DNA of 64,000 nucleotides from Yuukianura sp. NJ FZ-2021 (Eukaryota), in contig CM102284.1 in assembly GCA_046563655.1 (NCBI GenBank), positions 2,790,001-2,854,000 of the forward strand. The letters are read 5' to 3'. Position numbers and translations under genes: made by a program. The notes under the pieces are model-generated. The model had not been told where the DNA came from. It ran no database searches and saw only the letters and a program-made list of their open reading frames with translations. Every line of letters starts with the position of its first letter. Within the stretch, counting starts at the first letter, position 1. Below, one piece after another: positions 12,514 to 26,044 of this stretch.

Positions 12514-15500
12514 AGAAGCAATTCTATTTATCTGCTGTGATGAGCTACAAAATGTATTGATCTCACCGTAATGTAAAAGTGAACAAATTCAGTTGGATAC
12601 CAAGTTGTGCAAATAACAAAGCGGAGATAGCCAAGCAGTCTGGAACTCAGAAGACAAGAGGAGAATGAATGGACCACCCCCGCCCCCACCCGCACTTTGC
12701 TAAAAGGTGACAATGGGCAGAGTTAAGTGCCCATTATCACCTGCCCCACCACAAGCATCTCGTGACTCCTTTGTCTCCGTATCCCTTCCACTTCCATCCA
12801 GTCAAACACACTAAAACAATACATATCCGACTTTACTTCTTCATTCACAAACAGACGCTGCCGCATATAACAAGCCCTTAAGGGACATCACTGCTTCTCA
12901 AACTTAGAGATACATAAGAAGCAATTGTAATTAACACTTGTTAAGCTTAGAACAATCAACAATCATTCTCTAGTGCAATAGTAATTAGTTAGTTGCAACC
13001 TGGAGTTAAGTTTAACAGTTTTGCCACAATTTTTGATTGTCAGCGCTGCAAGAAAGTAAGAATTTTGGTATTTTTCTTTGCTTGATTTCTCTTGGCTGAA
13101 AAATACAAATGAGTCACAATTGTACTAAAAATTTGACCAAAACGTTAAATTAATCAGAAACCAAATCATCAGTGAACGTTGAACGTTGGAAAGAGTTTCA
13201 AAGTGGTAGCGTTAAACACCAAAAATTGTCTTATTTTTAGTTTTCGACTTTTGTTTTCGCTTGATTCTAAAAAAAAAGCAGCATTTGCTTCTTCGTCCAA
13301 AACTGTTTTCTAAAACAAATCAGAAGAAAATTATTGATTTTCAGTTTTTTTTTTTGTAAATTGTAGCAATGTCAGAGCTAGAATCCAAATTTTCAAAGAA
13401 TTTTGATTTTTTTTTTTAAACTGGAAACGGATATTAGAATGAAGAAGTAGGTTGGAAGGGCGTGGTGCGTTGAAAGTGGCTGGTTTTTGGAATTGTTGTG
13501 CTTGACAATGCTTCGACTGGACTATAATGGATGAAGTGTTGATTTTGATTGTTGTGACAAGAATACGACTTTTCTCCTTTCTTGGATAAAGAAAAGCAGC
13601 CAAACACCAACTTCAATGTTTAAGTCCAAAAAACGTCTTTTTCAGCTCGAAGTTTTTGAAAGTAGTGAAAAAGTAAAAACTGCATTCCAAGGCTAAGTGT
13701 CCACTTTGATTATTCTGGAGGATTTGAAGCCTCAAAGTCGTAGAATTCCTGTTTTTAAGGTCGGTTGCATGTGAGTCTCCTTTGTATACAACTCCACTCT
13801 GTCATTAGACGACCATTAAAACACTTTTTTCCATCCCCTATGTTATTGCAACACAAAAACATACACACTAAACAATGGAAAATCATACAAGTGCAACCTA
13901 TGTCATTATGGTCAAGACGTTTCCAAAATGGAACCTTGATGCTCTACTTTTTTTTGGAGTTTAAAAAAAAAGAGCATCATCATTTTTGAAAAGTCTGGAT
14001 TTTCTGGTGCCAGCATGTCATGTTGAATTTGGGAATTTTGAAATTTGTGAACAATTTTGAGTGAGACTTGAGTAAAATGGAGTAAATTGCGCATTCGTGA
14101 CTTTGGAAGGGAAAGTGCTGGAGGGCCCTTAGGTTGAAGATGTTGTGAGATTGAAGTAGAAGTGCGATTAAAGTGAATTAGTTTAAGTGGAATTGTTCCT
14201 ATAAAACTTATTTTGGATTCATCCTTCCAAATTGTCTATGTAACTACACTTGAAAATGTAAGGGACGAATGAAATTGAAAAGTTGCCTAATGACAGGGCC
14301 CTTTCTCCAATCATACTGCAACAAAAGAGGCTTAAGGGGAGGGGGACTTAATCATACACTCACAACTTCCTTTTTCTCTATCCCTAATTACACAAAACTA
14401 AAAAACCACGAAAATTTCTTCTTTTTTTCAAAATTTTCAAAAATTATACCAATCTTAACATCGAATTCTCATGTTTTTTGGCAAAGACGTTGTCAATTGC
14501 TTAAGTAGCTTAATGATATTGACTTCCACTTTGACCTTATCCTAAGTCTAGTCTCGGTGGCTGTCCATAAAACAAAGGGTCCCTGTCTCACAAGCACAAA
14601 AGGGCCTCCATTGTCTCCAACAAATGCTGGCTAAGGGCCTAGGCGCCAATATTCCCTTCAATCCTACACAAAATTCCTGTAAGAAAGTTACCCAAGTGAT
14701 CCCTTGTGCCCTTAAACCGTAATGTAGAGTACCCTAGACAGCGTATGGCAGACACACAGGGTCCCTTGAGACGCTCTCTTTAAGGGCCCTCGCTCTTCAC
14801 TTTCAAACCTGAGGAGATACAAACATTTACGTGGAAGAAAATCTTCATTTCTCTTTCGCTCTTCGCTGAAACCAGTCGCATCTTCATCTTCATATCTTCA
14901 AGCTGTAGAGTCCTCCTTATCCAAGTATTTCTTAGAACACAGAAATTGTTTCGTCGGCGACGTTGTCGGCAGCTATAACGACTACGGTGTCTTTTGACTT
15001 ATACGATAATTCAGTTTAGTAGGGTTGTGGAGTGATGAGTACATCAAACAAGGAAGAAGTGACCAGTGACACATCCACCTTTGTCCATCACCGCCTTCTA
15101 GAAAACAGAGCACATCACAAGTCATCAGAAGTGACACAGGGTCACATGGCAACATCATCTTCTGATACAGAACATCGGCGTAACTGGATTCCTCGCAGAC
15201 ACAATTCTGTCAGCGGCAGCAGCGCAAAAACAACAGGTCTGTCTTCTGTTTAAAATTTTTGGCAAATTAGTCATCACTCAAAATCTGGCATAGTTGCGCA
15301 ATTTTTATGGAAATAGAATTGGCATAGTTTTTTGCAAATAGAATTTGCATGTGCTGAAACGACGGAATTCCAGGCATAAGGACAGGACTGGACACGTTTG
15401 GTCTAGTAAACAAAGATAAAAACGTTTTTGAAACTGACAATTCTTTTGTTCCTCTTATCGGCCACTTCATTTTTCACTTTCCATGTCAAAACGTTTTGAG

Positions 15501-18042
15501 ACAGATGATGGATGAGAATTCGAGCATGGAAGGCTGAGATGTTTGTGCAAATAGGAATTTCTGAATGTTTACATTTATGAACAAGGTTGTTTTTGTTCCC
15601 TTTGACCATGGTCTTATTTCTCAATTTCAAAATTTGCAAATCTAGATAAGAGCTGCAAAGTGAAAAAGTCGTATAGAGGTTGGAAGAAATTGAAAATGTG
15701 TAAAAAATGTGAATTTATTGCGGAAGTTCTGGCGGAGCAGAGAGGCGCCAGCGACTGCTGCTCTGGCGCCACAAAGCTTTGCAAAAACTGGGAAAAAATA
15801 TGGTTACGGACGGCGGAGGTGAAGGAAAAGAGTGGTTTCCTCTTTCTTGCCCATTTCGTGACAAAAGTTCATTAGAAATACATTGGACAAATGATAGGCA
15901 GCAGGATCAACGATTGCCAAGATTCAACTATTTTTTGCACTAATTGATCCTACTTGGTGACTTGGATCTCCAACGCTATAATTCCAAAATTCAAAATGGA
16001 AACAACTTTGTGGCTTTTACTACTTAAGTTAAAGTTGGGCAGGTACGGAATTGTTGTTTTTCGTCCGTCTGTCTATTTTCCGTTTGTGTTGTTTTGTGGA
16101 TAAGGATCTATTTGATGAAGGAGTCGAAGTGACTAAGGCCCCCCAATTCCTGTCTCCAATGGAAACAATAGGCTGGTGCCGGCAGTCTACGGAGCCTTTT
16201 GGGGTCACTTCAACAGTCACCAGCGTCTGGAAGGCAGGGACTTATTCATAATTGAAGGCACAAGGAAAATCAACCCTCAAAAGTTATTTTGACATCACAA
16301 CTAAAACAGCACAGTACAACTGGGGATGATCGATTTTTATTTAAAAATGCCCGCCTGCCAGTTGAAATTGTCACACGGACAGAATTTGCCGCAATTTTGA
16401 AACTTTATTTCAGTTTTTCCAATTTTTGTGAATTGCTGTTGTTTTTGATTCGGCTGCTACGTAATGTTCCCGAGATGCGTTTGGGTTGAAGGGCTCTGGT
16501 GCATTCCAGTTGTTAAGACATGCTAGGCAGAGGGAAGGTTTGATGCAGGGTGTAATCAGGGCCCATTAGAAGTCACCTTGAAATTTTCAAGTTGGAAAAG
16601 AGGGATCCCTTGGATCCTTGTTCCATTGTTCTGGGAAACAGAAATCTCCTTAAGCTCCTATTCCTCTCCAGTGTAATTACGGAAGAGCCCTTAAACCCCA
16701 ACATTAAGTCCACTTCCAAGGGAAAGATGGAAAAAGACAAATCCCAGGGGCGGAGAGACACTTAAACACACGCAACTACCCCAAAATCAACTAATTATAC
16801 ACCAAGCTCCAAAACCTCCAGGGGAAATCCAAAATGAAATTTTGAAAAAAAAATTCACGTTTCGGTTTCAGCATTTCAATGTTAAAAATTTAGTCTGAAA
16901 GAAAATACGTAGAAGTTAAGTTAAGAGACGAAAATTTTTTCCACCTATCTCACTGCGTATGTCGCACAAATTCTTCGACAAGGCAAAGTGTTAAGAAAAT
17001 CGTTTGTAGAGAATGCAAGGTTTGGCACTTGAAAATTTAAAACTGGAGTTTTGACGAAATATTTAGTTTGTAATTTTTTTGTTGTAAAATCGTTGGTGAA
17101 TTGATTTAATGGAGTGTGGGATGTGCTCCTGGTTAGCGTTCACTTTCCATTGTTGATTTTGTGTGTTAAAAGGATTTCCATTGAGATTGTTAAGGATTTG
17201 TTTGTGTAGGGTAGATCTGTGGAGGGGTGTCCTGCTGGGGTCCAAGGGGGGCCCTTCTTAAGGGTCTCAGGTTAGCTTAACCCAGACCTTAACTTTTCAA
17301 TGTACTTTTTCATTGGTCATAAGCACACACTCCATTAGAGGTCATTTGGGAGCCAGGAGGTCAGAGTGTGAGAGGAATCACGAGTTCACCAAAATCCACA
17401 ACAATCAATTCAACACAAACCGCTTTATCATTTGTAACAAGCATCGTGCACATAATTTAGTTTCCAAAACTTGAGTTTAGAAAAATTTTACAAAGTTTTA
17501 AAAAAAAAAGTTTGGAAAGTGGGAGATTTTTGTTTATAAGTTAGTGAAGCCAAAGTTTTAGTATACTAATTGAGGTCTGTGGCTGAAAGTTAAGTTTTTT
17601 GTGTGTTAGTTCGTCATGTTGATGCAACTTTGCGTTGGTAAAGTGTTGAGTGTTGAAGATTTTGAGCCAAGGATTTCTTGGGCTTTCGGTAGGCATAAAG
17701 GGAATGAAGGAAGATTTATAGTGGGTTTCACTCGTGCGTTTCTTGTGGATCTTCTGGAAGATCCAGATGCTTCCCCTGCTACGGGAGGTTCACCAACTTA
17801 CGTTTTTGTTTGTTTTTCATCTTCTTATCCAAGACTCCAAGGAACCAGTCCAAGGAAAACCAATTAAGACCAAGGGCCCTCTCAAATCTTACTTTTTTAA
17901 ATAACACTACACAAAAACTAGCCTCTTCCAACTCAAGAGTAAAGTAAAACAACAGTCTCTCAAAAAAATTCGGCAAAAAACTTCTACGAAGTTTTTCTAA
18001 AAAAAATACGAAACTATTTTTATTTTATTTTTGTTTTTTCAG

Positions 18043-19158
18043 GAATGACGCGGCGTTGTGTTTGCAATTTGAATCAATGTGCCAGTACGAATTACATGTG
18101 CAAGTCAGAGACCCAAATCCTGCCGGACGGAACTGAAGTTGAAGCGGGATGTTTCGTTGAAGCGATCACTGCCACTACAAATACTGTTGGTGGCTCCAGC
18201 CCCACCGCAGCCTCGACTCAAACCACCACACGACCCGGTTCGGCACGACGGGGGTGCATCGAAATGCTCTCACGGTAAATTCAATGATTTCCACTCCAAG
18301 GGCCCCCAAGGCCCAGCTCAATCTTACTCAATTCATTCTCAATTATTTATGATGATGAGGATCTTCTGTTTATTTTAAATGCAGGGAGAAGCAGGGACTT
18401 TGTGGAACTGGAGAAGGGCCCCTCAAATGCTGCTTCGACGACGACATGTGTAACTATCCAAAGACTTTTCACTCAAACAGCGTCCACCCCACACAAGGTT
18501 CCACATTCACCAACTCAGTCAGCAAGATACCCTTTGACCCTGCCGGTAAAATTCAACATTTACATGAAATTGACGTGTTTTTGCATATTTTTACGTTCTG
18601 TTTTGCGGTTTTTTTTTAGGTGGGCGCCTTGGCTCCATGGACCATGAAGTTTGGCTGAGAGCTGCAGTCATTGCCGTTCCAATTTGTGGTCTCATCATCC
18701 TAATTCTGCTGATCTACATCGCCAGGAAACTACTGAGCAGTGAAGACTACAAAGACACCAGCTACAACTATGGCAGAAAAGTGCATCACTTCCATCAGAA
18801 GGCCGGTGAACTTCTACTACCGAATGCACCGCATGTACTTGACCTGTCAATGACCTCGCCACCCCCACCGGCAGGACACTGCTCCAACTGCTGGTGCTCC
18901 GCTCCAAGGTCAACTGCCTACCTCTTCCCGGGGTCTGGCCGAGGCGAAGGGACCATGGACCCTGCATTTTGTCAAGGGCCCTTGGACAAATCTTTGTGGA
19001 ATCAACTCCAGGAAGAATCCACCAATCAGGGTGGCGGTGAAGGTTGTACGAATCAGAAGCTACTATGGCAAACGCGACTCAACTTCCTACATTCTAAGAT
19101 GGCAACGGAACAGAATGGTGGCAGGGATAGATTAGCTGAAAATGTCGACCATGTTTAG
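18043..19158 (+). CDS. BAMBI: BMP and activin membrane-bound inhibitor; exons 18043-18274, 18385-18545, 18620-19158; signal-peptide exon not located
   Basis: RCVC..C..NYMCKSE..GCF..GC..CC..DMCNY ectodomain. TM EVWLRAAVIAVPICGLIILILL closely matches the vertebrate BAMBI TM motif (WFRAAVIAVPI). No kinase domain follows. Confidence 0.88.
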
Positions 19159-19480
19159 AAAATACTTTTAAAATTAATTAATTATTCAAGTGATTAGAAT
19201 AAAAGCTTTTAAGTTATGAAGAATTTAAAGTTAAAATTTAATGTGGTTAGTCTAGTGTGCAGATAGCTCAGACGGCAAACTTTTCTATTTAAGAAAGCTG
19301 ACTATCCTTTCTATGGGCATCGACTTTTACTTGGTTTGCAGCCGGATTTAAAGTTTTGTTACTTATAGAGGATTAGAATTAAAGTGAGTGAGATTTGAAC
19401 AGTATAAGTATTTGTATGAGGAACGTTACTAACATTAGTCATTAGGCATTTACAAGTTTGGCCCATTTTGTAATGACGCT

Positions 19481-19697
19481 ATTTTACTTGCGTCCATTTC
19501 ACTTTTCGACTTTTTTTTAGATTCCGGCCATTTTCTGTTGCGAATATTTTACTTCCGATGTTGTCTCGATCATTTTACTTCCGAGGTTTTCAATTTTCGA
19601 CCACTTCACTTCTGATGTTTTCACTTTTCGACCGTATAAGTTCCGATCTTTTCACTTTTATACCATATTGTACTTCTAACTTTTTCACCTGCGCAAC
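19481..19697. repeat. Degenerate ~15/30-bp tandem array; solitary arm of a foldback element
   Basis: Repeating ttttcacttttcgacc / ttttacttccgat units ending ttcacctgcgcaacg, which resembles the ttcacctgctacg terminus of the foldbacks at 47.8 and 55.2 kb. Confidence 0.55.
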
Positions 19698-20388
19698 GCT
19701 GCCGCCGTTGTAGTGGAAGGATAAAATTTTCGCAGCTTGTACGATATGTTTCTAACCTTTTCTCTGTTCATTTTAGTTGTGAAATTATGTGTTCTCCCCT
19801 CACATTGAAGTTGAAATTCAGCAGAGAGAAAAAGACAATGTGAGCGGAATTGCATTGGTTGCAGTGGATCCACACATACATGGTGTAACCATACGCATAC
19901 CTATGCAGGATTTAGACACCACGGTATCACGCTTCGTAACGTTTCTAAACCTAATCAGTCGTTGCAGTTAATTACAAAATTACCCGAACTATCTAAACCA
20001 AGCTGCATTCGCCGTTATAAATAAGGCCATGAATTACCGTGTGAGGTTACAACTCATGTAGTTTAGACTCACCCCAATTCAAATTATTGCAGTTAGTTTG
20101 TTGCAAGTTAACTGCAACACTGCAAGCAAAAAAAGCAAAAAACCACAACCCACACTTTGTGAAACTAATAACTGCGGAGAAAAAGACGACGACGTTAGTA
20201 CGTTGAAGTGAGTGAAGGACAAACAGATTAAAACTTTGGTTAGACACAAGATAAAGCATTTGTAAAACGTTTTACATGAGCCAGTCGGATTGCAGTTTAC
20301 TCACATTCACTGTTGGCTTTACTAAATTGTGCTTGTCTGATTACAGGAATTTGAAAAACTAAAAGAAGTACATCAATTGAGCGAAACG

Positions 20389-23300
20389 ATGTCAGGTCAC
20401 GGGGGAGGATCCGATCGGGTAAGCGAAGAACTTCAGATTTTAACGCTCTTACTACCTAATAAAGATAAATACACTGATTTACTTAGAACTTAGTACTTTA
20501 CTTAGAAATTCTAAGTATTAAAAGTAAACGGACTCCAAAAACTACTCTGCAATCGCTTGGCTTTAATTAATTGTTGTACTTAATTTTATTTAGGGTAGAG
20601 GAAGGGGACGTGGTCGAGGAAGCACTGGAGGAGGTATGCTTACTAAAATTTGGTTCTTAATTGTTGAATTTGTTATTTAGCGAAATCAAATTTATTTTGC
20701 TCCACACATATGGGGAACGTTTGGATCCTCAAAAAGCATGAAAATAACAAAAAGGCTTTTTTTTTCTCGAAAATACAACAAAGTACTTTTTATAAAATCT
20801 TCGTTGCTTGACCCCAATTTTCCCGCGAGTACTTCGTTGTTAGCTTAGTTAGTTGTTAGTTTGTTAGCAACGCTCGCAATTAATATCTTAATCTAATACT
20901 AAGTTACTCTCAGAACTTTTAGCTTTTACTAGTCAGCTTTCTATTTTTATTCTGTAGATATGTCGATACTTAATTTTGATTAGTAGTACCCTGTCTTTTT
21001 TTTAATATATAATCCATTCAAGATTTAATATGCCCAGGATACGGCGGAGATGGCCAGGGCCACTCAAGAGGAGGGGGAGGTGGTGCCGGTAGTGGTGGGG
21101 CACGAAGTGGTAAGGAATAGTTAACCGAATTTCCACCAGCACTAAGATCAAAATATCATGAAGCAAATCAGTTCTTTCTCTTTTACGTGCCTTGTGGTGA
21201 AAAATGTTCACTAATTAATTCCAGGCACAAGTTATGGTGGTGGAGGGGGTCAAGGATCTCACTCTCATCAAACTGGTAAGGAATTACACTTGATCGGGAG
21301 TGGCTTTTAATAGTTGAATTAACAACAAAAATACTTCGTATTTAGGTGGATATTCAGGTGATCAAGGACAACACGGACGTGGCGGTTGCGGCGGATCTGG
21401 CACAGGAGGAGGAGGAGGTGATTACAAATCAATGTTTGTTTCGTTTCAGTATTAACATGAGCGGTTGAATTTGTAATTGGTTTATTTTATCGGTTTAAGG
21501 TTATCGGGGCCGCGGTGGATTCGCAGGTTAGATACTTTCCCAATTCCGGAACATTACATGTTGTATAAATAGTGGTTTACGTTAACTGAAAAATACAAGA
21601 TTGCTCTCTTTTCACGAGGTTGTTTTATGTATTATGTCAGTGGTGTAAATCCGATTCTTATCTAAACTAACAGGCGGTGGTCGCGGTCGTGCTACAGTGT
21701 CCCCCGCATTGTACAACCTGCCAGTACCCGTGACCAAGAACATTTTGCAAGAAGCCCCTCTTGCATGGCAAGCGATCAAAGTTCGAGACTCCAAAAATCA
21801 CCCCGTTCCACCTCCAAGCAAGGGCCCAGGAGTCGAGCATCAACGGCTTATTCGAATCACACTGAACAGTCTACCATGTCAGTTGGTTCTAACAGATCGT
21901 ATCCTCCATTACGAAATCGATATTGACTTGTCTCCGGAAGATAAGGCCGACAAGGCAAATAGGAAAAAACAGGCATCAGGGTCAAAGGGACCATCTCGTG
22001 GACCTCCGCGAGCGACTGGAGACAAGAATCCACCGCCTCCGAATCTGTGGAAAAGGATTGTCAAAGTCCTAATTCCAATTCTGGAGCAAAGCAATAGAGG
22101 AATACGTTTGCCAACCGATTACATGAAAAGTATTTTTACTACGTTCCAACTGGAGTTACAAGACGAGTACAGAATTCCTTTGTCAGCTGTTGAAGACGAA
22201 GGGAATAGTACTGCTGTATACGTTTGCAAAATCACAGAAGTCGGATCTGTCAACACCGGTGTACTCCAACGTTGCTATAGCGACCATTTATACTAAAATG
22301 GCGTAAGAGGTTATGTCATAACTCCGAATTTAAAAAAAAAACAAGAAAAACAACTTTTGGACCAATTTTGGACCAATTTTGTTGATTTTCAAAATAATCT
22401 TTTAAATTTCACGTTGCTGAGTCATAGTTTTGATTTCGAATTGCTAACGCAACGGAGCCGCGTCAGAAGTGCGGTTCAAAAAATTTGAAAAAGAAAATAA
22501 TGGAGTTTTGACATAACCTTCTAAGAAGAAATGAACAAAATTTCGAGTTAAACAAGCTTGGGTGTACTCAAACAATGTATCCCGGACATGTACGCATACA
22601 TTATTCAGCAGAAGAAACCTGTTCCAGAACAGCTTACCCTTGTGGATCAAGCACTCAACATTGCCTTAAAAACGCGACTCCAAATGCAATACACTCCAGT
22701 GGGACGTTTTTCGTTTTACACTGACCAACATGCTTACGAAAATCGGAGTGACCTTGGATCTGGACTAGCAAACTGGCAGGGCTTTTCCACAGTGTTAACA
22801 ATGGGATGGAAAGTATTCGTAAACGTTGACATTGCAAACACAGCTTTTGTGAAGGGACAAAGTGTCTACGATGCTTTACAACAAGTTGCGAATGACACGT
22901 ATTCTAGAGTCAAAGCGAATCCATCGGACGCTTCAACCTACGCTGACAGCACAAATAAGAACAATGCATTCAAACTGCTCAAGGGTGTTATGGTTGAATA
23001 TATGACGTCGAAAAGTACGAAGATGACTGGTAGAGTGACAGGCATTCTACCAACGCCACCGAGAGAAAATTGGTTTCCAGGAAGCGATGGAAAAGAAACA
23101 AATGTGGAGCAGTACTTTAAAAATACATACAAGATCAGTTTGAAATATCCCAAAGGCGTGTGCCTACAAATACGTGGACGCTCCGTCGTTCCAGCAGAAG
23201 TAAATCCTCTTTTTTACACTTAAATTTTTCTTACAGTTTTGAATGTGTTTTGACAATCTGTTTCTAGTTGTGCACCATTCGGAAGGGACAAGCGTTCAAT

Positions 23301-26044
23301 GGAAAGTTGAGCGATGCTCAAACTGCTAAAATGATAAGGCACACGGCAGTTCCTCCCGCCCAGAGACTCGAGACGATCCAGCGCAACGTAGAAGCTATTA
23401 AGTTCAATGAAGATCCTATTTTGAAATCGATGGGACTGACAGTTGGAAACAAACTGCATAAGATGGAAGCTCGGGTTCTGCCTCCGCCGACCCTCGTTTA
23501 TCGTTCCAATGTAATAATTTTGCCATTTTGAGACTGAAGCTTAATTTCCAGTTGTACATATTGGTGATTGCTCTTATTCCAGAACGTGCAACAATGGGTT
23601 ACTCCTCCAAGAGATGGAGTCTGGAATATGTTCGAGCGTGGAGCGCCTCAATTACAGTTTATTGTTCCAGCTACACCCAAACTTCCAGATACACCTAAAG
23701 TTCCAGGTCCAGCTAAACCTCCAAAGCAAGAATTCAAATGGGGTGTAATAAATGCGACTACCGGGCGCGGACAAGTTGACGGACGGACGACATTGTAAAA
23801 TAAATTTCACTGTCTTCCTATTCCCTGACTTATACGTCGACTAAATACAAGTAATTTATTCAATTACTAATTTTTAGCAACTTTGTGGAACGCTTATGCG
23901 ATATGGCTGAACAAGCTGGGCTTAACTTGGGGAGAGCAGAGGATGTCATGGACAATTATTTGACCGTAAGGACGCGTATTGTAAAATAGTGACAACCTAA
24001 AGTCACTAACAGTACGTGCAATTCATAAGGTCGTTATTCTAGATCGACGGATATACCGAAGTTGGATCGGCCTTACGAGAACTCGCTAAGCGTGAGCTGC
24101 ACATGACTTTAGTAATCGTGCCTGGAAAAGACAAGGTCATGTATGGAACTATTAAGACGGAATCGGAAATCAAAATGCGTGGAAACGTAAGAAAATATTA
24201 AGATATTAGCAGTCATTTAATCAAACAGGAACAGGAAACTATGATTCAACCGTATTGGTATTCCGCAGGTTATCCTAACCCAGGTAGTACTTGGAGGAAG
24301 CGTGGGGAAAGTAGTTGAGCGTGGGGATGATGCAACGGTTCATAACATACTGTACAAGATCAACTCGAAATTAGGTGGAACGAACTACTACATGCACCCT
24401 TACACCAAAGTTATACAGGAAGGAATTTGGGCGAAAATTGACCCGCTCAGGGCCCCTGGTAGGATATGGCAATTGTTGGGAAAATCAAGAACCGTAATCC
24501 TAATTAATTTACTTATTACATTTTCAGTTTTGATAATTGGATCAGACGTAACTCATCCTGGATTTGACTCGAAGGTAATACTTGATTTTTCAACTTTGTT
24601 AACTTGTTGTTGCAATTCCGATGGGAATTTCCGATCAACATATTATTATGAGTAGCGTTTGGCTTTGTACTGTAGTATGAGTATGGTGGGATGCTATGAT
24701 GATTTATAATGGGAATCTCGTCGGATTATTTGTTTTAGTTTCCGAGTTTTGCTGCTGTGACGGCTAGTCTTGATCGAACTGGAATGCCATTTCAAATGTA
24801 TATTCAAGCCCAGGAGAAGGCAGGGAAAGGAGCAGCCGAAGTTATAACGGGCTTGACAGCAATCGTGAAAAAGTTTATCATGAATTTCGTTTGGGCAACG
24901 AAGCATAAACCACGCAAGATTATATACTATGTAATATATCTAATATTACTAAAATACACATAAAATTCGTCGTTCGTAAGCACCAGTGGTAAACTGTTTT
25001 CATATTTACGTTTCTATAGCGCGATGGGGTTGGCGATGGACAGTTTGGGGAGGTGAGTAAAAATATAAAGTCCTTTCTCAACTGTTAAATTTCGATATCC
25101 GATAATCGTTCCGAGCTACGGTTTACCTACAACATCCAAGTCGCTGGATTTTTAAAACTTTAAATAACAAGCAAATTATTGCTGTACAGGTTTTACAAAC
25201 CGAAATGATGGCTATCAGAGAAGCATGTCGGCTGGTAGGAGAAATTCCAGAATTTTTTGAGATGTGCGTATTCGACCGTAGAGCTGGTGAAGAGAACCTG
25301 GGTGGGAAAGCATATGAGCCGAAAATTACGTTTTTTGCTGTACAGAAGCGTCACAAAGTTCGTATTTTTCCTGACGACCCGGCCGATGGCGTTGGGAAGG
25401 TAGCTCTAAGCTGTGATTGTATTTTTTATGTCTGTACATAAGTCTATAAATAGTTTTATTTTTTAGATGCTAAATGCTCCACCTGGAACTATTGTGGACA
25501 AGGACATTGTCAAAGCTACTATCAATGACTTTTATTTGCTCTCGCACACTGGGATTCAGGTGAGATACTCGATTTAGTAGGTGCATTTATGGTTGTATCA
25601 ATCGTTTCTACGCTAAACCTACCTTTATACAGCTAAACAACTTAATAGTGTTTCAAAATATACGTAGTGTTTTGTTTGTTTTTAGGGGACAAGCAGACCT
25701 ACGCGCTACCAAGTTTTATGGGACGATTCAGATTTTTCGCCAGATCAATTGCATTTGTTGACTTACTACATGTGCTACATGTACTGCCGCTGTACGAGAT
25801 CCGTGTCTTACCCCGCAGCAACGTACTACGCACATTTGGGAGCAACAAGGGCGAAAGCTTATGCTGAGACGTTGGAGTACGTTAACTTCGCATATTTTTG
25901 TTCATGTATCGATGTATAATTCAGAATAATTCTTGTTTTAATAGGTACAACCGCGAAGTCGATATGTCTAACGTCGCGGCTGTGACTCAAAGTATCCAAC
26001 GCAGCGCAGATTTCCAACGCTTTTTCAGAATGCACTTCGTGTGA
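20389..26044 (+). CDS. Argonaute, AGO clade, divergent Ago2-like; multi-exon; coding region interrupted at 22258-22560
   Basis: Gly/Arg-rich N-terminus; ArgoN (LHYEIDI); L1 ([12 protein letters not shown]); PAZ ([16 protein letters not shown]); L2; MID ([15 protein letters not shown]); PIWI with GSDVTHP, AEVI, YRDG, QKRH, GTSRP, YYAHL; C-terminus MHFV, stop at 26042-26044. Confidence 0.93.
22271..22560. mobile_element. Interspersed-repeat fragment inserted in the Argonaute coding region
   Basis: 22271-22378 matches the reverse complement of 38335-38453. It is flanked by ggtgtactccaac (22258) and ggtgtactcaaac (22561) and contains in-frame stops. Confidence 0.8.

Noticed and set aside
15032-15253. 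73-aa ORF with a phase-1 donor as BAMBI exon 1
   Set aside because: No signal peptide and preceded by in-frame stops. A second candidate (METTLWLLLL, ~15996-16042) has the wrong phase. Left unresolved.
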